64,000 nt of DNA from contig MFSH01000008.1 in assembly GCA_001784875.1 (NCBI GenBank), positions 1,555 through 65,554 of the forward strand, in the 5' to 3' direction. Origin of the DNA: Candidatus Moranbacteria bacterium RIFOXYB1_FULL_43_19 (GTDB lineage Bacteria; Patescibacteriota; Minisyncoccia; Moranbacterales; UBA11712). Below, one piece after another: positions 1-9,680 of this stretch; position 1 is the first letter of the stretch, and every line of letters begins with the position of its first letter. Position numbers and translations under genes: made by a program. The notes below the pieces were generated by a model, which saw nothing but the letters and a program-made list of their open reading frames with translations, was not told where the DNA came from and made no database searches.

Positions 1-1339
1 AATATTTATACATTTTCGAATCATTTTCCAAAGCTAAGCTTTTTGGATTAAAGCTCGGCTTTTCCCTTCCAAGAGCTAAGCTCTTGGAATTTCTCAAAGC
101 CAAGCTTTCGCTTAGTTTTTTATCGACTAAAACCTCGACAACCCTACCGATGTATTTTTTATTATTTACGAGTGCGGTGCGCGCGAGGATATTTGTGAGT
201 ATTTTTTCGCGGCGAACCTTTTCTTTTTTCGAAATATTATTTTTCAGCTTCCAAGCGGCGGTCTCGGAGCGGGGGGAATATTGGGAAATGTAAGCCATAT
301 CGAATTTCATTTCACGAAATAATTTTACCGTGTTTTCAAATTGTTTTTTGGTTTCGCCGGGGAAGCCGACGATGATGTCGGTGGAAACGGCTGGCGCTGT
401 GTCCGAAAGCTCAACTTTCGGAAATTTCCGAAAGTTGAGCTTTCGGATTTGATAAGTTTGGCGGATTTTTTTGATGAGATTTTTATAATGGGCAACCGTA
501 TAACGCCGGTTCATTTTGCGCAAAATTTCATTGTCTCCCGATTGGGCGGGGAGAGAAATATACTCGCAAATATTTTTTGATTTGACAATTGTTTCAATCA
601 GCTCGTCGGACATATCTTTGGGATGGGAGGTGAGAAAAGATAACCAAAACTTTCCCCGTATAGCGTCTATTGACTCTAACAAATCGGCAAAGCTAATAGT
701 TTTCTTTTTTGTATCTGGTATTTTGTATCTGGTATTTTGTATCTTTGATCTATAGGAATTTACATTTTGTCCAAGTAAAATAATTTCTTTATATCCTTTT
801 TGAACTAAACCTTTGATTTCTTCTAAAATATCTTCCGCCGGCCGCGAATACTCCCGGCCGCGGGCGTAGGGGACGACGCAGTAGGAGCAGAAATTGTTGC
901 AGCCGGTCATGATGGGAACATAGGCGGTATAGTTGTTTGAATATTTCGGTGTTATTTGGAGATAATTATTGCATGGCAAGGTTTTTATATTTAGTATCTG
1001 GTATTTAGTATTTAGTATTTTTTCAATTTCTTTTGGAAAAACTTTAATAGTTACAAATAGATCAGCTTTTTCTTTAAGTCTTCTCTGGACGTCTTTGCGG
1101 TGGGCAAGGCAGCCGGTGAGAATGATAAATTTCTTCGGATATTTTTTTCGGATATTGTTAATTTGCCCGTAAACCCGGTCTTCAGCTGATTGGCGAACTC
1201 CGCAGGTGACAAATATGACAAAGTCCGCCTCTTCTAGCGAGGCGGATTTTTTCAGCTTATATTTTTTTAAGATGGTTTCAATCCTTTCGGCGTCGGAATA
1301 GTTCATTTGACAACCGAAGATTTTGATATAGTAGGTCAT
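1..1339 (-). CDS. miaB: tRNA methylthiotransferase MiaB (radical SAM), 3' end runs off the window
   Basis: Not in the ORF track. Manual translation from the ATG at 1339 is open to position 1: MTYYIKIFGCQMNYSDAE..., TCGVRQSAE, GCLA, CNNFCSYC (CxxxCxxC), LLGQNVNSY, STDIIVGFPGET, then a TRAM-domain start (YIGRVVEVLVD). Contains several repeat-derived in-frame inserts. Confidence 0.93.
   Translation of the reverse strand, partial: MTYYIKIFGCQMNYSDAERIETILKKYKLKKSASLEEADFVIFVTCGVRQSAEDRVYGQINNIRKKYPKKFIILTGCLAHRKDVQRRLKEKADLFVTIKVFPKEIEKILNTKYQILNIKTLPCNNYLQITPKYSNNYTAYVPIMTGCNNFCSYCVVPYARGREYSRPAEDILEEIKGLVQKGYKEIILLGQNVNSYRSKIQNTRYKIPDTKKKTISFADLLESIDAIRGKFWLSFLTSHPKDMSDELIETIVKSKNICEYISLPAQSGDNEILRKMNRRYTVAHYKNLIKKIRQTYQIRKLNFRKFPKVELSDTAPAVSTDIIVGFPGETKKQFENTVKLFREMKFDMAYISQYSPRSETAAWKLKNNISKKEKVRREKILTNILARTALVNNKKYIGRVVEVLVDKKLSESLALRNSKSLALGREKPSFNPKSLALENDSKMYKY
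402..447. repeat. Perfect 46-bp palindrome (double hairpin) translated within miaB
   Basis: TCCGAAAGCTCAACTTTCGG-AAATTT-CCGAAAGTTGAGCTTTCGGA equals its own reverse complement; encodes RKLNFRKFPKVELS. Confidence 0.9.
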
Positions 1340-1413
1340 CGGTAACAATGGTTATTAGCGGCTGGAAGAGTCGTTAGTTCCTGGTTATCAGAAAAACCAA
1401 TAGGCAATAAAAC

Positions 1414-3159
1414 CTATGGCTTATCTGCGATTTCTTTGTTTATCTTGGCTAAAAATTTATCGAGCTTCATTGCGCCAAGGTCTCCTTTTTCGCGGTCGCG
1501 GACGGCAACGGTTTTGGATTTCACTTCTTTCTCTCCAACAATCAGCATATAATTGATTTTTTCATTTTGGGCGGTGCGAATCCTTTTTCCAAGAGATTCA
1601 GAGGACTCACGAATTAGGGAACGAATATTATGCGAATGTAAGAATGAATTTATGTCCTCGCCGTATTTTGCAAATTTATCAGAAACCGGGATAACTTCAA
1701 CTTGAACAGGAGAAAGCCAGAGCGGAAAAGAACCCGCGTAATTTTCTGTTAAAATTCCGATAAAGCGCTCAAATGAGCCAAAAACAGCGGCGTGAATCAT
1801 GACCGGGACAGCTGGTTTGCCTTTTTTGTCTATATATTCCAAACCAAATCTCTGCGGCATTTGGAAGTCAAGCTGGATAGTTGCCAGCTGCCAGCTTCGC
1901 CCCAGTGCGTCTTTGATTTCAATGTCGATTTTCGGGCCATAAAAAGCCCCGTCTTTTTCTTTGATTTCGTATTTAACTTTTTCTTTTTTAAGAGCGTTTG
2001 CGAGATTTTTTTCCGCCTTGTCCCATTCCGATTTTTTGCCCATAAAATCATCCGGGCGCGTAGAGAGATAAAAGTTAGGCTCAATTCCAAAAGCGGGATA
2101 ATATTCTTTCACCATTTTGATGAGGCTTGAAATTTCTTTTTCGACTTGGTTTGGAAGACAGAAGATATGGGAATCGTCCTGGGTGAGATAACGCACACGG
2201 AGAAGGCCGTTGAGCTCTCCCGATTTTTCATTTCGCATAATGCGTCCGATTTCAGAAAAGCGGATGGGAAGATCACGGTAAGACCTGGTTGTTTCTTTGT
2301 AGATTAAGATATTGAAAGGGCAGTCCATGGGTTTCAGGCAGTAGGTTTCATTTTCTGATTTAATGGAGAACATACTATCCTTGTAGTGGTCCCAATGGCC
2401 GGATTGTTTCCAGAGGATATTTTTGGCGATAAGCGGTGTCTGGATTTCCTGAAATCCATATTTTCTGCGCAGTTCCTTTCCATATTTTTCCATTTCGTTC
2501 CAAATCGCCATTCCTTTGGGGTGCCAAAAAGCGGAACCGGGAGATTCGGCGTGGAAAGAAAAGAGACCAAGGTCGCGCCCAATTTTTTTGTGGTCGCGCT
2601 TTTCCGCTTCGGCAAGCGCAGCAAGATAGTTTTTGAGTTCTTTTTCCGTTGCGAACGCCACGCCATAAATTCTCTGGAGCATTTTATTTTTTTCATCACC
2701 TTTCCAATAGGCGCCGGAAATTCTGGTGAGCTTGAAAGCTTTTGAATTTATTTCACCGGTGGAATCGAGGTGCGGACCCGAGCACAGATCGACAAAATCG
2801 CGTAACGCGTAACATGTAACCCGCAACATTTTTTTGCTTTTTACTTCTTTTTGTAAGTCTTTAATCAATTCAATTTTGTATAACTGCTTGCTTTTTTTGA
2901 ATCTTTCCGTTGCTTCTTTGGCCGGGATGGTGACCTTTTCGAAACTATGGTTTGCTTTGATTATTTTTCTCATCTTGTTCTCAAGTATCTCTAGATCCTC
3001 GGGAATCAATGTCCGGGGCAAATCAAAGTCATAATAAAAACCATTTTCGACTGCCGGTCCAATACCAAAGCGTGCATCAGGAAACATTTCATAAACCGCT
3101 GCAGCCAGGACATGAGCAAGAGAGTGGCGGGCAATTTCTATTTTTTTGATTTTTTCCAT
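1414..3159 (-). CDS. thrS: Threonine--tRNA ligase (no N-terminal TGS domain)
   Basis: RHSLAHVLA, DLCSGPH, RDHKKIG, KPMDCP, GAFYGPKID, TIQLDF, GSFERF motifs. Confidence 0.97.
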   Translation of the reverse strand: MEKIKKIEIARHSLAHVLAAAVYEMFPDARFGIGPAVENGFYYDFDLPRTLIPEDLEILENKMRKIIKANHSFEKVTIPAKEATERFKKSKQLYKIELIKDLQKEVKSKKMLRVTCYALRDFVDLCSGPHLDSTGEINSKAFKLTRISGAYWKGDEKNKMLQRIYGVAFATEKELKNYLAALAEAEKRDHKKIGRDLGLFSFHAESPGSAFWHPKGMAIWNEMEKYGKELRRKYGFQEIQTPLIAKNILWKQSGHWDHYKDSMFSIKSENETYCLKPMDCPFNILIYKETTRSYRDLPIRFSEIGRIMRNEKSGELNGLLRVRYLTQDDSHIFCLPNQVEKEISSLIKMVKEYYPAFGIEPNFYLSTRPDDFMGKKSEWDKAEKNLANALKKEKVKYEIKEKDGAFYGPKIDIEIKDALGRSWQLATIQLDFQMPQRFGLEYIDKKGKPAVPVMIHAAVFGSFERFIGILTENYAGSFPLWLSPVQVEVIPVSDKFAKYGEDINSFLHSHNIRSLIRESSESLGKRIRTAQNEKINYMLIVGEKEVKSKTVAVRDREKGDLGAMKLDKFLAKINKEIADKP

Positions 3160-3241
3160 ATTTTTAATAAATAGTTACGATTTTATAGTAATATCAAATC
3201 GGCTTACTTGCAAGGTTTCGTGAGTGAGATACAATAAGAAT

Positions 3242-4081
3242 ATGACTTCTTTACAGCGCTCGATAAAAAGAGCAATTATAATACTGGTTTATATAATAAT
3301 TTTCTCCGGAATCGGAACGGGCGCTTTTTTTCTTTTTCGCACGGAGCCGACTTGCGATGACGGCAAACTTAACCAGGGCGAAGAAAAAGCTGATTGCGGT
3401 GGCCCCTGCCAAAAATGCGAGGAAATTCCTAAAATAGAAAATGCCGAAATTTTGGAAAAAAGACTGGTCCCGTCAGGCGCAAACAGATATGATGCCTTGG
3501 TAAAAATCAAAAATCCAAATTCACTTTTTGGAATTGAAGATCTTGGGTATACTTTCAATTTCTTGGATGCCAGCGGAAAAGTTATTGGCCAAAAAGAGGG
3601 AGCGATCTTTCTTCTTCCGGTTGAAACGAAATACATTTTTGTTTTCAACATGGATCTTGCGGAAAAGCCGGATTCTGTCGACTTTCGTATAAAGTCGTAT
3701 AGGTGGCAAAAATTTTCGGATTATGAAGAGCCGAATATTGCTTCCTACCAGAAAGAATTCAGCTTCATCAGTGGCGGACCCGGGTTTGCTCAGTTGAAGC
3801 TGAAAATTCAAAACAAAAGCGGATATGACTTCAAAAAAATATCAACCAAAGCGGTTCTGCGAGACCGCCAGGGGAACCCGGTCGCTATAAACGAAACATA
3901 CAATAACGACGTACGTATAAATGAAGAAAGAGAGGTTATTTTCCAGTGGAGCGAGCCGTTTTCTCAGGATATTGATGTGCAAAATATCGAAGTTGATGAG
4001 GAGGCGAATGTTTTCAGCGACGATAATTTCATGAAGAAATATGGAACACCCGACCAATATGAAAGTTATGAATCGAATTAA
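3242..4081 (+). CDS. Membrane-anchored hypothetical protein with Cys-rich motif (TCDDGKLNQGEEKADCGGPC)
   Basis: N-terminal TM helix then Cys motif and beta-rich domains; ATG at 3242 chosen as start; directly upstream of rodA. Confidence 0.75.
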   Translation: MTSLQRSIKRAIIILVYIIIFSGIGTGAFFLFRTEPTCDDGKLNQGEEKADCGGPCQKCEEIPKIENAEILEKRLVPSGANRYDALVKIKNPNSLFGIEDLGYTFNFLDASGKVIGQKEGAIFLLPVETKYIFVFNMDLAEKPDSVDFRIKSYRWQKFSDYEEPNIASYQKEFSFISGGPGFAQLKLKIQNKSGYDFKKISTKAVLRDRQGNPVAINETYNNDVRINEEREVIFQWSEPFSQDIDVQNIEVDEEANVFSDDNFMKKYGTPDQYESYESN

Positions 4082-4089
4082 AGTTTCAA

Positions 4090-5184
4090 ATGATTAGATC
4101 TTTATACAAATTTGATTGGGTTTTATTCTCAGCGCTTGTTCTCCTTCTGTTTCTTAGCCTGGCTGTGCTTTTTCCGATCAGCTATTCAGGAGAAAAAGAA
4201 ATTCCAGATGAAAGCCATTTTTTGAGACAGACAATTTTTGCGGTCATTGGGCTGACCGTTTTTTTTGTTTTTGCTTTTTTTGATTATCGGAGTCTTAAGA
4301 ATTATTCGACGGTTTTGTACGCTTTAGGTTTTTTGTTGCTGCTGCTCGTTCTTATATTCGGGAAGGTGGTTCGAGGGACGACCGGTTGGCTCGGGATCAG
4401 TGGGGTCCATCTTCAGCCGGTCGAACCATTCAAAATTGTTGCTGCGATACTGCTTGCAAAATATTTTTCACTTCATTCAAGGAGCATCGGAGACTACAAG
4501 CATATTCTTGTTTCTCTTGTTCCGGTGGCTGCATCAATTTTTTTGGTAATCAAGCAGCCTGATTTCGGATCGGCTTTTGTTATTTTTTTTCTCTGGATCT
4601 CGGTTCTCGTTATGAGTGGAATAAATAAAAAACATCTCTTTGTCCTCTTTTTGGTCATTTTGATCTTTGCTCTTTTAGGATGGAATTTTTTTCTCAAAGG
4701 ATATCAAAAAGAAAGAATAACAACACTTTTTAATCCCACTTCTGATCCGCTAGGCGCCGGATATAATGTTATCCAGTCCACAGTCGCGGTTGGGTCGGGA
4801 GGATTTTTGGGAAAAGGCCTTGGCCATGGTTCTCAAAGCCAACTCAATTTTTTGCCCGAAAAGCATACGGATTTCATATTCGCGGTTGTGGCTGAAGAAC
4901 TTGGCTTTGGCGGAGCGGCTTTTGTGATTGTCCTGCTTGCTGTTGTTATTTCGAGACTCATAAAAATTGCGCTGAGCAGCCGGGATAATTTTGGAAAACT
5001 TCTTGTCGGCGGAACAGCCAGTGTGATTTTTGTTCACTCGTTTATCAACATCGGAATGAATATCGGAGTTATGCCGGTGACAGGCATACCCCTTCCTTTT
5101 TTGAGTTATGGTGGAAGTTCTCTCATTACCCTGATGGCCGCTGCTGGTATGGCGGAAAGCGTCTGCCGGATAAATCGAAACTGA
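4090..5184 (+). CDS. rodA: Rod shape-determining protein RodA (SEDS family)
   Basis: Multi-TM; LQPVE, KQPDFGS, GYNVIQS..AVGSGG, LPEKHTDFIF, PVTGIPLPFLSYGGSS. Confidence 0.93.
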   Translation: MIRSLYKFDWVLFSALVLLLFLSLAVLFPISYSGEKEIPDESHFLRQTIFAVIGLTVFFVFAFFDYRSLKNYSTVLYALGFLLLLLVLIFGKVVRGTTGWLGISGVHLQPVEPFKIVAAILLAKYFSLHSRSIGDYKHILVSLVPVAASIFLVIKQPDFGSAFVIFFLWISVLVMSGINKKHLFVLFLVILIFALLGWNFFLKGYQKERITTLFNPTSDPLGAGYNVIQSTVAVGSGGFLGKGLGHGSQSQLNFLPEKHTDFIFAVVAEELGFGGAAFVIVLLAVVISRLIKIALSSRDNFGKLLVGGTASVIFVHSFINIGMNIGVMPVTGIPLPFLSYGGSSLITLMAAAGMAESVCRINRN

Positions 5185-5382
5185 ACATGGGGCTGGGCTT
5201 GCCCGGTAGTGAAAATTTAGCTGATAACAAATAGAGATAATTGGTAAGGAGCTTATTTACCCAGCTATCCAGCTCGAAATTTATCCCAGATTTTTTTAGG
5301 CCGAATTTCTACTACCGGGCTTGCCAAAGAATCATAATAATGTTATCTTCTTATAGTGGTTTTTTATTTTTGAAAAAAGGAA

Positions 5383-6090
5383 ATGACGTCGAGTTTGACA
5401 CTAAAAGCCGAGACAAGAAAGAAAGAAGGGAAAAAGAAGGACGCGCCGATAGGCGCCATTCCGGCTATTTTATATGGGCGAGGAATTGAAAACGTGATGC
5501 TTTGGGTGAATCGAAGGGAATTCAATCGCATTCGTGAGCAGGCAGGAGAGAGCACTGTTTTCAAAGTGAAACTTGAAAACGGCGAAGAAAGAAATGTCCT
5601 CATAAAAGAAATCCAAAGGGATATTTTGAATGGGAAGCCAACCCACATAGATTTTTATCAGGTTCGGATGGATGAGGAAATAGAAGCAAAAGTGGAACTG
5701 GAGTTTGTTGGAGAATCTCCGGCCGTGAAAGAGCTCGGTGGAATTTTGATAAAAAACATGGATGAGATTGAGGTAAAGTGTCTGCCGGGAGATCTACCGC
5801 CTAAGATAGAAGTTGACATCAGCCGAATAAAAAATTTCGAAGACTATATATATGTCAAAGACTTGCCTGTTTCAGACAAGGTTGAGCTTTTGGCTGATTC
5901 GGAAAATGTTGTGGCGATGGTGACAGAGCCTCGCTCCGAAGAAGAGCTGGCAGAACTCGAAACCGAAGTGAAAGAAGACGTGACGAAGGTCGAAGGAGTC
6001 GTGAAGGAGGAGAAGTCCTCCTCCGATGAATCTTCGGAGGATAAGTCGGCGGGCAAAATCGGAGAAAATAATGAAGAAAAGAAAAAATAA
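5383..6090 (+). CDS. rplY: 50S ribosomal protein L25 / general stress protein Ctc
   Basis: IPAILYG, VLIKEIQRD, HIDFY, CLPGDLP..IEVDIS; acidic tail. Confidence 0.93.
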   Translation: MTSSLTLKAETRKKEGKKKDAPIGAIPAILYGRGIENVMLWVNRREFNRIREQAGESTVFKVKLENGEERNVLIKEIQRDILNGKPTHIDFYQVRMDEEIEAKVELEFVGESPAVKELGGILIKNMDEIEVKCLPGDLPPKIEVDISRIKNFEDYIYVKDLPVSDKVELLADSENVVAMVTEPRSEEELAELETEVKEDVTKVEGVVKEEKSSSDESSEDKSAGKIGENNEEKKK

Positions 6091-6106
6091 TTTCTGAAAT
6101 ATGCAT

Positions 6107-6136
6107 CCGCCCCGAGTCCATCGGGGCGGTTTTTTT
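6107..6136 (+). terminator. Intrinsic terminator after rplY
   Basis: CCGCCCCGA-GTCCA-TCGGGGCGG followed by a T7 tract. Confidence 0.8.
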
Positions 6137-6140
6137 AGAG

Positions 6141-6239
6141 CCCCGCACCATGCCTTTTGCGTTTTGCTTCACATGCTTTTAAAATTATATCCTGCTGGAA
6201 GCGAAAATCGCCGTGGCGTATTCTGCGGTACGGGGTAAA
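6141..6239. mobile_element. Miniature inverted-repeat element (CCCCGCACC...GGTACGGGG, tail TAAA)
   Basis: Termini match the copies at 24410, 34790, 36522, 46845 and 50092. Confidence 0.6.
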
Positions 6240-6315
6240 TTATGATATAATCTAGGAAAACAAGGAAGCGCGTTCGCAAGAATGCTTCATCCAAAATGAT
6301 TTGCCAAGAACCAAA

Positions 6316-7623
6316 ATGAAAAAAATATTTTCTAAAGTAAAATTATTTCCCATATATTCAGCAAATATCGGAGTAGTATTTTTAGCTGTTCTTCTTTTTG
6401 GGAAAATGGGAACAGGGGCGGCGGTGCCGTCCCAGAAGGAAATTATCAAAACCAGAATCGATGACCTCCGCAAGCAAATAGAAATATATCAAAAAAATAT
6501 TGAGGAAAAAAACCACAAGGAAGAGTCGCTTTCAAATGATATTGAAATCCTTGAAGCCGACATAAAAAAGATTGAGCTTCAAATTCAGGAAACAAATCTT
6601 CAAATTGACGCCCTTGAGGGAGAAATAACTCAGAAAGAAATTGAAATTGAAAAAATGCAAAAGCAGCTTGAGGCAAAGAAAGAGATGCTGGCGAAATTTT
6701 TGCAGGAGCTTTATGAAAAGGGCGGGGGAGAAACATCTGAGATTGTATTCAGTGGGCAAAGCTTTTCGGATTATTTCTCCAAAATCGAGAGCCTTGAAAG
6801 TTTTGAAGACCAGATCAAAGAGACACACGACCAATTGGAAGCTTCGCGGAATGTGCTCAAAGGCGAGAAAGAAAATTTGGTGGACAAAAAAATAGACAAG
6901 GAAAATTTGAGAGGTATGCAGAATGACCAGGAAAGATCACTAGAGCGCGAAAAACAAATGGAGACACTATTGATTTCCCAAGTCAGAAATGAAAGGCAGG
7001 CTCTGGAAAAAAATGTAGGCAGGCTCCAAGCGGAACTAAGCGAGCTCCAGTCGCTTGGCGAGCCAATCAATTTGGAAGAAGCGGTAAAGGCGGCGAAATA
7101 CGCTGCGGATCTCACGGACGTGGCGCCTGAATTTTTGCTAGGGGTGCTTCGGGTTGAATCGGGACTGGGAACGAACGTCGGCGGCGGAAAATACAAATCG
7201 GACATGAATCCGTCTCAGTGGGATACTTTTAAAAAAATTTGCAAAGAGCTTGGGCTCGATCCGGACAAAACTCCCGTTTCCCGCCGGGCTTGCTACAACA
7301 GTGAGGCGAGTGACGGATGCGGTGGATGGGGAGGGGCGATGGGTCCAGCTCAATTTATGCCTTCGACCTGGATGGGATATAAGAGCCAAATCGAAAAAAC
7401 CACGGGCCGCTCTCCGGCCAACCCATGGGACGTCGAAGATTCTCTTGTGGCCATGGGTTTGAAACTCGGGTCAGTTGAAGGAGTGAAAGCGGGGGATAGG
7501 AAAGCTTGGGCAAAAGCGGCGGGAATGTATCTCGCGGGTTCTAACTGGGAAAAGTATTCCTGGTATTCAGACAGGGTTCTTTATTACGCGGACGGGTTCA
7601 AAAAAATAATGAAAAAATATTGA
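6316..7623 (+). CDS. Secreted coiled-coil protein with C-terminal lytic transglycosylase (SLT-like) domain
   Basis: Signal/TM segment, long coiled coil, then VES (candidate catalytic Glu), GAMGPAQFMPSTW, ANPWDVED. Confidence 0.85.
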   Translation: MKKIFSKVKLFPIYSANIGVVFLAVLLFGKMGTGAAVPSQKEIIKTRIDDLRKQIEIYQKNIEEKNHKEESLSNDIEILEADIKKIELQIQETNLQIDALEGEITQKEIEIEKMQKQLEAKKEMLAKFLQELYEKGGGETSEIVFSGQSFSDYFSKIESLESFEDQIKETHDQLEASRNVLKGEKENLVDKKIDKENLRGMQNDQERSLEREKQMETLLISQVRNERQALEKNVGRLQAELSELQSLGEPINLEEAVKAAKYAADLTDVAPEFLLGVLRVESGLGTNVGGGKYKSDMNPSQWDTFKKICKELGLDPDKTPVSRRACYNSEASDGCGGWGGAMGPAQFMPSTWMGYKSQIEKTTGRSPANPWDVEDSLVAMGLKLGSVEGVKAGDRKAWAKAAGMYLAGSNWEKYSWYSDRVLYYADGFKKIMKKY

Positions 7624-7680
7624 TTGGAAAATGGGGACTATTTTTGTCAAGTTTTTTGTCAGAAATTTACGCAGGTTCGA

Positions 7681-7709
7681 TTGACGAATTGCAAAAATAG
7701 TTATATAAT
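7681..7709 (+). promoter_or_regulatory. Sigma70-type promoter
   Basis: TTGACG-17 bp-TATAAT upstream of the CAP-domain gene. Confidence 0.7.
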
Positions 7710-7742
7710 AATAGCGTAGAATCCAATAACGGGGGATTTGCG

Positions 7743-7786
7743 CCCCGGCGAAAAAGCGCCGCTTCGCGGCAATTTCACGGGGCGAG
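7743..7786. mobile_element. Short hairpin element (CCCCG...GCTTCGC...ACGGGG, tail CGAG)
   Basis: Same termini and GCTTCGC core as 50331-50368 and 55393-55432. Confidence 0.6.
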
Positions 7787-7881
7787 AAGGGTGATTTACA
7801 TGGGTGTAAATCGCTTTTTTGATTACTAAAAAATAATAATAATTCATATAACTTTTGGAGTGGGGTGAGCTCAAACGCTTG

Positions 7882-9264
7882 ATGGCAGAATTCCTTTATC
7901 GGGTGAAACGGGTGAGTCATGTGAATAGGGTGAGCTCAAAAAGAATACTGGCGGAAGATTCGGCCAATTTTGATGTTGGAAAAATTTCTCTTCCTCGGCT
8001 TTCTGACGGGCTGTTTCTTTTTGGCACGGTAGCCCTCTCGGCTGCTTTCTTCCTGTTTGTCATATTGATAAATACGGCTTGGGCATCTTCCATCACAAAA
8101 AATAAAGTTATTGAACTGGCGAACGCGGACAGAAGGGAAAAGGGAGTTGAGGAACTCAAAGAAAACGAGAAGCTTTCGCAAGCTGCCGCAAGCAAAGCCG
8201 AGGACATGATAGTCAACAATTATTTTTCCCATACTTCTCCTGAAGGATTGACACCCTGGCGCTGGATTGAAAAAACCGGTTATGAATACAGTTATGCCGG
8301 GGAAAATTTGGCAATGGATTTTACCTCGGCCGAAAAAATGAACGAGGCTTGGTTGGCGAGCCCAACCCATCGCGCCAACATTTTGAATGAAAAATACAAA
8401 GAAATTGGCGTAGCGGCAAAAGACGGATTTATAAACGGGCATGCGACAACCATTATTGTCCAGATGTTTGGCTCCGGGGACAAAAGCGCTCCCAAGGAAG
8501 AGGAGGCAGGCGAGCCATCAGAAAAAGAGACAGTCGCCGATCAGGGAAACCTTGTTCCTTTCTTGCCGGCCAGCGGCGAGAGAGCAGACAAATTATCACT
8601 TGCCAGTCCCTTGATTACTTCCCCGCGAAATGCCGAGACACTAAATAACAAAAATATAAATATTGTCGGACGGGCCAATCCTCACAGCGCGGTGACAGTT
8701 TTTGACAATGGGACGGCTGTAGGGGACATTATTTCCGATGCCCAAGGCTGGTTCAGGCTGGAGATCAAAGATGCCTCCGAAGGCAGCCACGATTTGATGG
8801 CTACGGCGGAAAGTGTTGCTGCAGGAAGAAAAGAAATCCGGATATCCGATAAAATATCGTTTCGGGTTGACCGCGAAAAGCCTTCGCTAAACTACCATTT
8901 GTATGCCGACAGCCAGGATGGCAAATATATCGTCCGTGTATTTTCAAATAAAAAGAATTGCTATTTCGAACTGGGAGGGAAAAAGTCGCCAAAGAGCTCC
9001 ACAGGCGTGGCAACTTTTTCCGTTGAGACCCGCCAGTCGTCAATTGTGGCCATAGTATCGGATCAGGCTGGAAACAAAACAAAAAAACAAATTGTCCTCG
9101 CGAATTATTTTGCCGGAAGCAAAAAAGGCATTTTTGACAATCTGGCACTTTCTTTCTCACCCCGAACCGCCCTTTCGGATGATTCAGGAAGAAAGATGCT
9201 TGCGCAAAATTTGGGCCTTGTCTCTCACCACTTTCCACAATTAGCAGATGATAATCAAAAATAA
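7882..9264 (+). CDS. CAP (SCP) domain protein with Ig-like domain
   Basis: LANADR, KAEDM..NNYFSHTSPEG, YAGENLA, WLASPTHRANIL; Ig-like segment downstream; start uncertain (7855 or 7882). Confidence 0.85.
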   Translation: MAEFLYRVKRVSHVNRVSSKRILAEDSANFDVGKISLPRLSDGLFLFGTVALSAAFFLFVILINTAWASSITKNKVIELANADRREKGVEELKENEKLSQAAASKAEDMIVNNYFSHTSPEGLTPWRWIEKTGYEYSYAGENLAMDFTSAEKMNEAWLASPTHRANILNEKYKEIGVAAKDGFINGHATTIIVQMFGSGDKSAPKEEEAGEPSEKETVADQGNLVPFLPASGERADKLSLASPLITSPRNAETLNNKNINIVGRANPHSAVTVFDNGTAVGDIISDAQGWFRLEIKDASEGSHDLMATAESVAAGRKEIRISDKISFRVDREKPSLNYHLYADSQDGKYIVRVFSNKKNCYFELGGKKSPKSSTGVATFSVETRQSSIVAIVSDQAGNKTKKQIVLANYFAGSKKGIFDNLALSFSPRTALSDDSGRKMLAQNLGLVSHHFPQLADDNQK

Positions 9265-9441
9265 TGTAAGAATCATTTTCACGAATTTTTCCGAACTATC
9301 GAAAAAAGTGGTGAGGGACAAAGGAGGAAATAAATAATAATTAAAATATAATGATGTGACATAGAAAAAACAAAAAGAAAGTTCCTTAAAATAAAAATAA
9401 AAAAGCGTATATCAATTATGATATAAGTAGAGGTGAAAAAC

Positions 9442-9593
9442 CCCCGCTCCAATTTTGCTGGTGAAAATATTCCAAATATTTCTTTTCATGCTCGATGAAT
9501 ATTGTTGTCGCGCGTCGCTGGATGAAAGAGGGTCGAGTTACTCGCTCGACGCGCCGCGCGTGATGTTCAGCGGCAAAATTGGAGCGGGGCAAG
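9442..9593. mobile_element. Miniature inverted-repeat element with about 19-bp TIRs, tail CAAG
   Basis: CCCCGCTCCAATTTTGCTG ... CGGCAAAATTGGAGCGGGG then CAAG. Confidence 0.7.
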
Positions 9594-9643
9594 CAAAAAG
9601 GTAAGTGTCCTTACTTTTCGCCAATTGGCGTGAATGACAATAT

Positions 9644-9680
9644 GCCCGTCTTCGCGAGGTCTTCGCAAAGGCGGGTTTTT
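9644..9680 (+). terminator. Intrinsic terminator-like hairpin upstream of murA
   Basis: CCCGTCTT...AAGGCGGG followed by TTTTTG. Confidence 0.55.
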
